Under the pieces are notes generated by a model. That model made no database searches. It saw nothing but the letters and a program-made list of their open reading frames with translations, and had not been told where the DNA came from. From the human T2T-CHM13v2.0 reference genome, Homo sapiens, in NCBI RefSeq assembly GCF_009914755.1, contig NC_060926.1: a DNA stretch of 64,000 nt; one strand, written 5' to 3'. A program made the position numbers and the translations under genes. Shown here piece by piece: positions 51,557 through 64,000 of this stretch; within the stretch, counting starts at the first letter, position 1; every line of letters starts with the position of its first letter.

Positions 51557-52858
51557 TTATAGAGTAGAGATCTCAGTGCACACAGTGGTTAAATGATTTC
51601 TTCTGGTAGCAGTGGTGGGAGTGTCACCTGATAGTTGTAATAACAATACCAAAAGGAAATCTTAAGTAGGGTCTTTGCTGTCAGGCCAGACCAACTTTAC
51701 AAACCAGGCTTTAACAGGTGAATGGAATTGTGGAAAGTGGAAGACCTTGAGTCAACTCTGACTTCAGCTGTCTTGATAGTTGTGAGGTCTCATTGCATCA
51801 GTAGATATGGGAAGACAGCATATAATCTGCATTTAGCCATTCAGCATTCATTTCCGATAAATTATTTACTGATTTATTTTGCTTATTTTCTGTTTAGCAA
51901 ATAAACACAAAAAGTATCGAGAATGAAAGCTCCTTGAGGTCAGAGACTTATTTATTAGGCACTGAACAAATACATGTTAAATGAATTATGAATTTATTGA
52001 GAACGTACTATGTGTACCTGTGCAGTGTTCTGGGGCACGGTTTATAAGCAGCGGGGGAGTTAGCCTACCGTACATGGGGAAAAGTTAGCCTTGTTTGCCT
52101 GGGAAATACCAAGATAATCTGGGCTGCACGTTTCTAAGGAATTAATGGCTCTGTTGACTTGGTCTTTGGGAAATTTGCATATACACTTCTGGTAGATGTC
52201 TCTTCCCCTCCCTGCTCCCCAAAAGAAAGGGTCTCCCTCTGTTGCCCAGGCTGGAGTGGAGTACAGTGGCATGATCATGGCTCACTGCAGCCTCTAACTC
52301 CTGGGCTCAAGTGATCCTCCCACCCTAGCCTTCTGAGTAGCTGGGACTACAGGCGCAGGCACCTATGCCTGGGTAATTTTTATTTTTGTTTTTGTAGAGA
52401 CAGAGTCTCACTGTGTTGCCCAGGCTGGTCTCCAAACTCCTGGCTTCAAGTCATCCTCCTGCCTCTCTTTTCTCCTCTTAAAAAATACTGTCTTAAAAAG
52501 GAAAACCTCCAAATACCTTTATTGGTTTTTAAAATTTCAAATGCTATGTAATATTTCTGATAAAATTTCAGATGTAATCGGAGTGGTCATCATGAGTGGC
52601 CAGAAGCTCCTGAAGTCCTAAGTGACCTAGAGATGGGCCCTGTTGACCCCGCAGCATCTGCTAAGCGTGTGGCTTTTGTGCAGCTCCCTGGAGAGCTGGA
52701 GTGCAGTAGCCACAGCCCCCACACCAGCAGCAGGAACTGAAGAGTGGCTTTCTCGAAACACAACCATGTTGCCTTTCACTTAATTTGTTTGATCCAAATA
52801 ATTATTTTCTCGGGAGAATTTATAAACGATAACTTGTCTCTTTCAAAAGTGTCAGAGG

Positions 52859-53249
<391 letters not shown>

Positions 53250-53443
53250 TCATAGACTCGTTTTATAAAGATGAGTAGTGTGAGTTCATTTAACACCTTG
53301 GTTTTACCAGTTTATTTCTTCTTCACCCATTTTAAAATGTTTGTTTATGTTTATTAAATAGTGACGGTAAATCAGTAATGATATAGAGCTTTTTGCCTTA
53401 TTGTACAAATCATTTTATCACCTTATTTTAATTTCATTGAAAG

Positions 53444-53568
53444 CAGCAAACCAAATCCCAACCAAATATCCACTAGTAATGGGAAGCCTGGTGCTGTGAA
53501 TGGAGCTGTGGGGACCACGTTCCAGCCTCAGAATCCTCTCTTAGGGAGAGCCTGTGAGAGCTGCTATG
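53444..53568 (+). CDS. MTA3: MTA3 coding exon: (Y)[41 protein letters not shown](A), first half of the GATA-like zinc finger; alternative start 53447
   Basis: aag|CAG tandem acceptor and TATG|gtaagt donor; 125 nt, phase 2 to 1; CxxC motif. Confidence 0.95.
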
Positions 53569-54793
53569 GTAAGTTTTCTCTAGCAGGTCAGTTAAGCATC
53601 GGGAACTGTTCTGGCTCATGGGGTGTGAGCGTCTGGGAAGTGCCTGAGGTCAGTACGGTGCACCTTGGAAGGCACAAGCATGTCTCCTCTAAATGAGTAG
53701 ATGCCCCTCCTTACCTTCTGCCTGGAACAGAGGGACTGTTTATTGAATCCTTATTACGTACCACACACTCAAGTTAGGCATTGGATTTCCCTTGATGTAC
53801 TCTTGTGGTTTGTTGATTATTTCATAGCAGTGTTTGCTGAGTTGTGTTTAGAGTCATATTAGCTTTGCAGAAACTGTGTTCCCATGATGCATACCAAATT
53901 CCCCTTTGGAGTTTCTCAGTATACTTTGACAAATTAAAGCTCCAAGTAATTCTGTAGGAAAGGCCTCTGTGTGGATAAGCTGCTGTATATAATCCTCAGA
54001 CCATGTTCCCTCAGTGCACCAGTTTGGGAAATGCTCTTCTATGATACTTGCTTTTGGCCTCAGGATCCCACTGTATTTATCTATGGTGGCAGTATTTTAT
54101 TTGCCCAGGGTGTTAAATGGGGTCGGTGAAGTGAACCGTTAGGTAGTTGATAGACTTTGTGTGTTTATTTTAAATCTCAAGCAAGGATACAATATCTTAA
54201 TGGGGCATTGGTGATATTATCATCTATGTTTCCTTCCAGTTAAGGTAGCCTGGGATGGGAGAGGGAAGGAAACGAATGTTTATTGAAAACCTACTTGGTG
54301 CCCCATTTTGGGTTCTTAGTAGCTCTTTGAGAGTACATGTAGCCTACTGCCTTCAGGAAGGATATAGGAATGAGGGACGGCTGTGAGTACGATTACGTCG
54401 ATTGATCCCAAGGAAGGTGTGAGCCAAGTTGCTGAATTTGTAGAAATGGTACATGGGGATGTGTTTAACCATTTTTTTGCAGCATGGGAGCACAAAGGGA
54501 AACAATTTGTGGAAAATTAAGATTTTTTAGGTCAGGCTTTTACATGGATAGCATCATAAATACCTTGAATTGGGAATTCTTGGATTTTGTAGTTCATGTA
54601 TATTCAAATGAAAATGAAAAGAATCCTGCAGACAAGTGGTAGTGGCTTAACCTGTCTTGATTTTAACTTGCAGGCAGGGTGCTGTGGCTCATGCCTGTAA
54701 TCCCAGCACTTTGGGAGGCTGAGGCGGGTGAATCACCTGAGGTCAGGAGTTCGAGACCAGCCTGGCCAACATGGTGAAACCCCGTCTCTACTA

Positions 54794-55023
<230 letters not shown>

Positions 55024-55346
55024 TTATTCTGTTATTTTTATGTGTGCATGATGAATAAGCTATTTTTATTTTATAATATTTACTTTAGACTCATGTATTA
55101 CTAATCTCCATGATAAAATGTTATCTTAATATAAGATTTATCCTTACAGAGAGATAGAACTTGATGTTTTCTATTTATTAAATGATACCTACTTTCCAAT
55201 TGAATTTGAGTTATTTAAGGAGAAAGGCATTTATTGACAATTATTAAAATGATTTGCATGATTAGTTTACGTAAAATGTATGTTTTAAGTGAAATTTTAT
55301 ATTTAGAATTCAAAATAGATTCATAGCTTAATGTTTAAGATTTTGA

Positions 55347-55545
55347 AGGGGAACATCACATCTGGGGACTGCTGTGGGGTGGGGGGAGCAGGGAGGGATA
55401 GCTTTAGGAGATATACCTAATGCTAAATGACGAGTTAATGGGTGCAGCACCCCAGCATGGCACATGTATACATATGTAACTAACCTGCACATTGTGCACA
55501 TGTACCCTAAAACTTAAGGTATAATAATAATAAAATAAAAAATTT
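55347..55545 (+). mobile_element. 5'-truncated primate L1PA 3' end with G-rich tract and A-tail
   Basis: ggggaacatcaca...gggagggatagc..aggagatatacctaatgctaaatgacgagttaatgggtgcagcac...taccctaaaacttaa. Confidence 0.93.
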
Positions 55546-56491
55546 AAAAAATGACTTATTAGTTCTAAATTATAGGAGGAAAGGCTTTTAGGCTTTCATT
55601 TGTATAAAATAGTTATTTGTATAAATGAAAGCCTAAAATAGGCCTAAAATATTTACACAAATAAAAGCCTAAAATAATAATCCTCCAAAAATAATACATG
55701 ATGGGTGTACAGTGTTATTCCCGATAAACATGAATATAATGGTCTCTGTATTTTCTCTTTTTCACATTGGTTTGTGAAGTGTTAGTTGATATCTTCATGT
55801 GCTGTTTGAACATTTGAAGGTAACTTACAGGTCAGAGAAATAATATTTTAAGGCAAACTTACAGAATTACAATTTTTTATGCACCCAATTAACTTATGTC
55901 TCAACCTCAATGTTTTCTCTTAAACTTCAGATCTATCACACATGTATTTTAAATGTCACATGTCAGTAATTTAAACTACAAAACAAAAACTAACACAAGC
56001 TTACAGTGTTCAGCTAGCTGTTAAATCATCTGAGTTTTAGGCCTCAAGCATGCTGTGATGTCAGCTGCCCATGCTCACTTCATATGGATTTAGAGTCTTG
56101 AAAGGGATTCTGTCTGTAAATGGAGATTTTAAAATAAGGATTTTACTTATTGATTAAAATAAAGGAGTGCAAAACAGATACCTGTTTGTTTCTTCTCTCC
56201 TCCCCTACTCCCTCCCTCTTCCCCTCCCCAGCCCCCTCCTCCTCCCCGCTTCCCTCTGTAACCCAGGCTGGAATGCAGTGGTGCAATCACAGTGGCCTCA
56301 ACCTCCCAGGCTCAAGCAGTCCTGCTGCCTCAGTCTCTGTAGTCGCTGGGACTACAGGGGTTCACCACCACACCTGGCTGACAGATACCTGTTTTTATTA
56401 GATTCCTGACTTTATCAATGAGACCTCCCTGAGTACCTTAAATAATCATTGGAGTGGTGTCTGAACCCTGGGTTTGGAAACGTGGATTTAG

Positions 56492-56796
<305 letters not shown>

Positions 56797-57152
56797 CCAG
56801 ATTTTTTAAATACTACCATCTTTTTGAGAACCTATTTCCAGAAACATACACAATAGAGTATTTTTAATCAACAAAACAAAAACTCCCTCAGCAGCACAAT
56901 GCATAATACAGGATGCTTCACTGAATAGCTTTAACAGGGCCACAAGCACTTTATATAATAATGGAAATAAGTTGGTTTAATGAATTCTGAGTATTAAAAA
57001 AACAAATATACTATTATGTTTGGCTTGTAAGCTGGGAACAATAACATTGTAAACTAAGCATGACAAGTATTTTTAAAATGTTTGATTATTTTGTGTTGAT
57101 GTTACAAATTAAATAGCATTTTTCGTTTTTTCTTATTTTTCTTCTGCTTTAG

Positions 57153-57304
57153 CTACACAGTCTCACCAGTGGTATTCTTGGGGCCCACCTAATATGCAGT
57201 GTAGATTATGTGCAATTTGTTGGCTTTATTGGAAAAAATATGGAGGCTTGAAAATGCCCACCCAGTCAGAAGAAGAGAAGTTATCTCCTAGCCCAACTAC
57301 AGAG
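57153..57304 (+). CDS. MTA3: MTA3 coding exon: (A)[50 protein letters not shown], second half of the zinc finger
   Basis: Long pyrimidine tract plus tttag acceptor and GAG|gtacag donor; 152 nt, phase 1 to 0; completes a C-X2-C-X20-C-X2-C finger. Confidence 0.96.
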
Positions 57305-58123
57305 GTACAGTAGTCTTTTTAGTGTTGAAAAATGGCATGTTTTTAAATGGGTTGATTATTCCTTGGAAACAGAAGTACAGTATAGGATAATTAAAAAATG
57401 AAGAAAGCTACCTTTATAGCTAAACGTAGCACTACAATATTCAGGGTAGGTGTGGAGAGAAGCAGAGAGAAATTAAATTTTATCAGGTATTCAGAATAAT
57501 GGTCTCAGACAAAAAAACAATGAGTGTGGGAGATGTTAGCATAAGTAGAGAGCTTACAAATTAAATGTTTAATTGCTTTTGAAAACAGTTTGTAACCTTT
57601 ACATTCTGTTGAAGGCGTGTCTTACTACATAAAGTCATAAATGCAAATTAAGCATTTTTTCTCCCCATGGCTGTTTTGGAGGGACAAGAAGTATGGACTT
57701 AATCTTGAGGTGAACAACAGTTTAAATGTGATTTTGGTAAAATCCTCATAGGCTGAAGATGCCAAGCGCCTGTGTTTACCAGTGGGCGACTACCCTTTTT
57801 CAGTGCTGACGGGCTTTCAGGACTCCTTAATTTAAAAAAAAGTGTAGTTAACCCCCTTGGCAGTTTCATACCACTTACTGTGAATGTGATTTTGGATTCC
57901 TGTATAGCAGTACAGTATTCTCCACAGTTCCCTTCTCTACTCCCCACCTCTTTCCCAAAAGTGCACACTTTAATTCTCTCTTTTAGAGGTAGTGCACCAA
58001 GTGACGTTATAGATGCTTCATGAAAGATTTAAAAGTTGCACTTTTCTTTTGAGCATGATGCAAACAGTAATGTGTTTGGGCAAGTTCATTTCCTTGAGTG
58101 TTTGTTGTTTTCTGATTTTGCAG

Positions 58124-58369
58124 GACCCTCGTGTTAGAAGTCACGTGTCCCGCCAGGCCATGCAGGGAATGCCAGTCCGAAACACTGGGAGTCCAAAGTC
58201 TGCAGTGAAGACCCGCCAAGCTTTCTTCCTTCATACTACATATTTCACAAAATTTGCTCGTCAGGTCTGCAAAAATACCCTCCGGCTGCGGCAGGCAGCA
58301 AGACGGCCGTTTGTTGCTATTAATTATGCTGCCATTAGGGCAGAATGTAAGATGCTTTTAAATTCTTAA
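58124..58369 (+). CDS. MTA3: MTA3 composite exon DPRVRSH...KTRQAFFL...[19 protein letters not shown]. Spliced at 58346 (long isoform) or read through to CKMLLNS-stop (short isoform)
   Basis: ttttgcag acceptor; internal donor GAAT|gtaaga at 58346/58347; in-frame TAA at 58367-58369; R1 RBBP-binding motif AARRP. Confidence 0.96.
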   Translation, partial: DPRVRSHVSRQAMQGMPVRNTGSPKSAVKTRQAFFLHTTYFTKFARQVCKNTLRLRQAARRPFVAINYAAIRAECKMLLNS

Positions 58370-58439
58370 CCTTATATGTTGTGCTTCTGACCATTTTCTC
58401 TTTTCCTCTCTTTCCTTTTTTTTTTGTTTGTTTGTTTGC

Positions 58440-58445
58440 AATAAA
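58440..58445 (+). terminator. Poly(A) signal AATAAA (proximal) for the short MTA3 isoform
   Basis: AATAAA 71 nt after the TAA, preceded by a U-rich tract and followed by U/GU-rich sequence. Confidence 0.6.
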
Positions 58446-58770
58446 CATAAGTTCTTGTGTACAGCCTTTTATTTGGTTTATTTTTTAACATTGTTTTTGT
58501 GTGCTGCCATTTGTATCATGCCAACCTGGAAAAAAAAAAATCAAAACATTGAAACTTCTGTACTCTTTACCAGAGAGTAGTGCTTAGCAAAAGATTGGTG
58601 GGAGGTGATCCTATTCCATGGGGTTTTGTGATGGAATTGCCTGCAGAGCCCTTATTGCAGCACTTTTACCTTTTAGGTAGTGCCACAATGTAACCCCTAA
58701 GGATGCTGTTATAATGAGACTCCATAATCGAGACAGTACAGTCCAGTCTTACATGGATTCATTAGGTTTA

Positions 58771-58776
58771 AATAAA
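58771..58776 (+). terminator. Second candidate poly(A) signal AATAAA for the short isoform 3' UTR
   Basis: AATAAA followed about 25-50 nt later by GU/U-rich sequence (ctgtatgtctttgt). Confidence 0.5.
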
Positions 58777-59475
58777 ATTTGCCAATTTACACTAATTAGA
58801 GACTGTATGTCTTTGTAAACCTCTCGTTTTTCTCATGAACCTTTTACAATTGTCATACAACATTATGGAAATTCACCCTTGATTCATAACAAATACTATA
58901 TTTATTAGAAGGTCTAGCAAATTACAAGTAAATTTTAAACTCATTTTTGGGTGAGTTTTCTGAAATTACACATTGCATTTTCATAAGCTAGCATCTAAAC
59001 ATATGGTTGAGCAGCCTGTTTGTCCAGTTTGGTTTCCATTTCATGATCATGTATCATATATATCACCACATAACATTTACATGACTTACTACTCTTATTT
59101 TCAACACATTTGGTCTTGCTTATCTTTTTTATTTTTATTTTTGTTAGCACAGAGATCATATGTGTCCATGAATTGTGGATCGTTTTGTCATTACCATGTC
59201 TCTGACAATATGTGTATAATTAATATGTTAGCTCTGGAGTCACATTCCAGGCTAGCATGTTAGAGCCGTGCAGCTTTTGTTCCTTAAGGGGTGACAAAAC
59301 TTGCTGTCTGGCCTAACAGATAGGAAATCCTAAAGCCATTCTAAGAAATCTCTTACTATGAAATGTTCCCCTTTGATTTAAAGAGGATATCAATAAAAGG
59401 AATGATGACTGAAAAAAACATTTTTTGTTCCTAAAGATAATTTTTAGCAGAATAGTTGAAAGGCTTTAAAACTTA

Positions 59476-60433
<958 letters not shown>

Positions 60434-61030
60434 CTAGGACTAGAAGAGAAACCATCAGCAACTCAGTTGGCTGCTGAGGAAACTCTGTTTCCCCAGGGCT
60501 CGTGTGTTAATTTTCAGTTAATTTGCACATTATCTTTGTTTTGATTATTCTTCAATGAAGTATATTTTTCTTTTATCTCGTTCTAATTTTTTTCTCAATT
60601 GACGGGCCATGCTGCTAAAAGGGATCATAATTAAGTTACCTGTATTTTATTTCTATAAGCATATAGATTATAGTAATCATAAAAGAGCAGTCGTCTATCT
60701 GGATGAAATTCAGAGAGCATGTATTATTTTGTTTTGTATTTAGCTTCACTGGTCATTGAGTTGTACATAATCAGATTCTTAAATAATTTTACCTTGAGAT
60801 TTAAAATGACAGTGTTTCAGCAGCCGTCTACTCTTTTTTATTTTTCAGACAAGCAATGAACTTTTCCTAACATCTAATTGATTATGCTATCATCTCTTCT
60901 GTTCTTATACTTACCTTGTTACAACCTCTTCAGCAGATGTCTTGATCTTGGCTTGTTAGGGAGATTAGGTATTAATAACCTGATGTCCATAGGCAACCAT
61001 GTCTGTGATCTACTGGGAGTGTATAGGAGA

Positions 61031-61032
61031 GT

Positions 61033-61068
<36 letters not shown>
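61031..61068 (+). repeat. (TG)n microsatellite
   Basis: Direct observation. Confidence 0.95.
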
Positions 61069-61072
<4 letters not shown>

Positions 61073-61992
61073 CAGTAAGTTTTCCTTAGTTTCTCAAAGG
61101 CAGTGTTAGGCCCTCCTCCACCCTGCAGAAAGTTAAGAATCGCTGTGATGCAATGTGAATGTACTTTCAGATAAGGCTGAAGTGTGTTATTCTCAAAATA
61201 TTGATGGATCTAGAGTTCTAATTAATGCATTTTAGAATAATTTATTAGTTCTTCCCTGTGAGCTTGAGACTCTTCCAAGCACTGTAGAAGGTGACCTCTT
61301 CAATTGCCTCTGGCCACGGCAGCACCATCACAACCAGTGTCATAGTCAGTTTATGGGATGACACTGCATAAAAGTGAAGAAATGGGAGCTTTTTAAACCT
61401 GTATTAAAGCAAATAGTAAAAACAAAAAAGGTCTTTGCAGATTCATAAAATATCTCAAAGAATGTGTAAAGAGTAATGACATCTGAGGTAAGGGAACCTG
61501 GGAGGGTGAGGGAAAGGGGTGGGAAGATTTACCACTCTTCATCCATATATAGGAATTTTTTTTTTTAAGAGACGGTCTTGCTCTGTTGCCCATGCTCTGG
61601 AGTGCATTGGTACCATCATAGCTCAGTGCAGCCTTGAACTCTGGGGCCCAAGTGATCCTCTTGGCTTCTGAGTAGGTGGGACTATGGGTGTGGCCCACCA
61701 CACCGGTTAATTTATTTTTTTTAGAGATGGGGCCTCACTATGAAAAATTTATTTTTTAAACCAATTTCCCCAAATACCTAAATATTATTTTAATAATCTT
61801 TATATGTGAATGTATAAATCCATGCCAAAAGTTACTAACATTGGTAAAATGCCTGAGCCAGTTCTACCACGTAGACAGTACTTATTAAAAATGGATTGGT
61901 AGACCAAAATTCTTCATTGCATAAAGAAACGTACTGTTTTCTTAAGATTTGTGGCCCAACAGCAAGGTTATAAAATACCAAGTTTGGACATC

Positions 61993-62113
61993 GTGCTCAC
62001 TTCAGCAGCACATATACTAAAAATTGGAATGATATGGGGAAGATAATCATGGCCCTGAGCAAGGATCACAACACAAATTAGTGAAGTGTTCCATATTTTA
62101 TTAAAAAAAAAAA
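61993..62113 (+). pseudogene. RNU6 (pseudogene): Full-length U6 snRNA retropseudogene with A-tail
   Basis: GTGCTCACTTCAGCAGCACATATACTAAAAATTGGAATGAT...GTGAAGTGTTCCATATTTT follows the U6 sequence end to end, then an A-rich tail; ACAGAGA box mutated. Confidence 0.95.
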
Positions 62114-62739
62114 GTTAGCCGTCTTTTCTTTTTTCCCCCCTGAGGTCCCTCCCCCTAGTAAAAAAGCTATGTATGGGAGAATGACGTTCCTCTGTTATTG
62201 TCATCAGACGTTATTTCAGAGACTTCACCAAAGATCTACAGAATCATCCAAACACCTGATGCACACAGGATTATCAGCACTTGAGACTCAGGATCCTCAC
62301 AGACTGAGGTTAAATAGAAGTAGGTTTACTAGCAACATTCCAAAGATGAAGCTAAAGTGCCTGGAAAAGTAAATCCGGATGATTTGCCTGGCACCTTGGT
62401 GGCTTGCAGAGAGAGTGAAGTGGTTTGGGCTGATAACATACCAGACTTGAATGGGCCACAGTATTCCCCTGTATGAGGTTATTTGGGAGGAACCTGAAGC
62501 TATTTTTCTGTTTGAAGAAGCTAATTTGGCTTTGGAAGTATCTCAAGACCCCACTTGATGAAAAATGTGTTTTATGAGATTTTTCTAGAGATTTCTCAGC
62601 TAAAGTTAATGATTGTATAAGCTTTTCTGAAATTTTAAGCTTGAATCATGAGAGAATAGTTGGTTTGCTTCTTTTGGTATTTTTGGTAGAGAGTTTAAAT
62701 TTTTTTTTTAGTATGTGCCTTGTGGTATAAGCCGAGGGA

Positions 62740-63720
62740 GTTTAATAAAAATTTGGTTTTGAATGGATACTGAAAAATTTTTCTAAAGGTACAAAAGTGG
62801 TTACAAATCTCATCACGTTCCTCATTCCTGATTTACCCCATTCAATGATAACCATTATCATCGTTGCCTTAAGTATCCAAAAATATTCTGTGCATCTATA
62901 AGAGTCTAAGTAGGCTTATTGTTTGTTTCTATATGATATTAACATACTGTCTATATTGCTCTGTCCCTTGCTTCTTTTTACTTAACATACCGTGCCACTG
63001 TATTGAAAACTGCCTCCTTTTTGTGTCAGCTGCATAATCTATTTTGTTGTACCATAACTAGTTTCCTATTAAAAGCTTTTAAGTTATTTTCAGTCATTTT
63101 CTATCATAAATAATGTTGCAACAAATATCCTTATGCAGATATCATTTCATACTGATGTATAAAATGGGAATGTTCCTTACAAGATAGATCCCTAAAAGTT
63201 AAAGTTGGGGCCAAGGAGCATACATTTTGAATTTTGGTGTAGTTTTATTGCCCGTAGAAAAACTGCAATTCACAGTCCCACTCACAACATCTAGACAATT
63301 CCTATTTCTCTAGAACTTTGCTGGCAGTGTTACCCATCTTTGAAACCCGTGACTAATTGACAGATGACAAGTTATATTAGCTTGCATTTCTCATTTTGAA
63401 TGAGATAGAAATCTTTGCCTATATTTGAAAACCATTTATCTCCTTTTCTGTCAACTGTTTTTGCCCGTGGCCTGTTTTCTATTGGCAGTCTTACTGACTT
63501 GTGGGAACTTTTTATATTTTAACAAAGTTATCTCTTAATCTGTGATATGTGATACAAATAGTTCCCCCGTTTTCTCTTTGACTTTATGGTGTATTTGCCA
63601 AGCAGATTTTTTTTTAAAAAAAGACATATTAATAGTTGAATTTATAAAAAAAAAATCATGAGTTTTGTGGCTTCTTTAAAAATACCTTTCCAGTTCTAGA
63701 AGCAAACTCTACTGATAGTT
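62740..63720 (-). mobile_element. Old L1 (L1ME-type) remnant, antisense
   Basis: Degenerate L1 antisense 3' motifs. Confidence 0.6.
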
Positions 63721-63907
63721 TTATCTTGACAGGGTTCTTGAATGCACATGTGGGATGTTTTTGTGAATTCTGTGTGTATATTGCAGGGTTTCCATCTCAC
63801 TGCCCCCAGTATTTCCAAAACACTGTAGAAAAATAACCATGAGTTTCAACAAAAGTAATAGTGTATTTCTAGGTTAACCCCAAGGAAATATAGATCATCC
63901 TCTAGGA

Positions 63908-64000
63908 CAGTGGTCCCCAACCTTTTTGGTGCCAGGGACAGGTTTCATGGAAGACAATTTTTTCATGAACTGGGTGGTGTGGGCCGTGATGGTTTTGGGA
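63908..64000. mobile_element. Start of a second MER1A, truncated by the window end
   Basis: cagtggtccccaacctttttggtgccagggac matches the start of the 32664 element. Confidence 0.85.

Overview
Mammalian (human/great-ape-type, Alu-rich) genomic DNA covering the middle of the NuRD-complex gene MTA3 on the + strand. Eight GT-AG coding exons (5478-5580, 9037-9136, 31668-31856, 45013-45087, 47024-47082, 53444-53568, 57153-57304, 58124-58346/58369) splice in frame and encode the ELM2-SANT module, the atypical GATA-type zinc finger and the R1 RBBP4/7-binding region. The last exon can either splice onward (long isoform) or read through to a stop and intronic poly(A) signals (short isoform ending CKMLLNS). 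The introns hold dozens of Alus, old and young L1, L2/MIR, MaLR/ERV LTRs, Tigger/hAT MITEs, an antisense processed MYCBP pseudogene and a U6 snRNA retrocopy. Nearly all ORFs in the supplied track are Alu/L1 artefacts. I found no convincing novel multi-gene system. The best leads are a candidate UG-repeat (TDP-43-type) poison exon, the MYCBP retrocopy with a microhomology deletion, a NAGNAG acceptor, and two unclassified inserts. Gene and repeat-family names come from recognition, not from searches.
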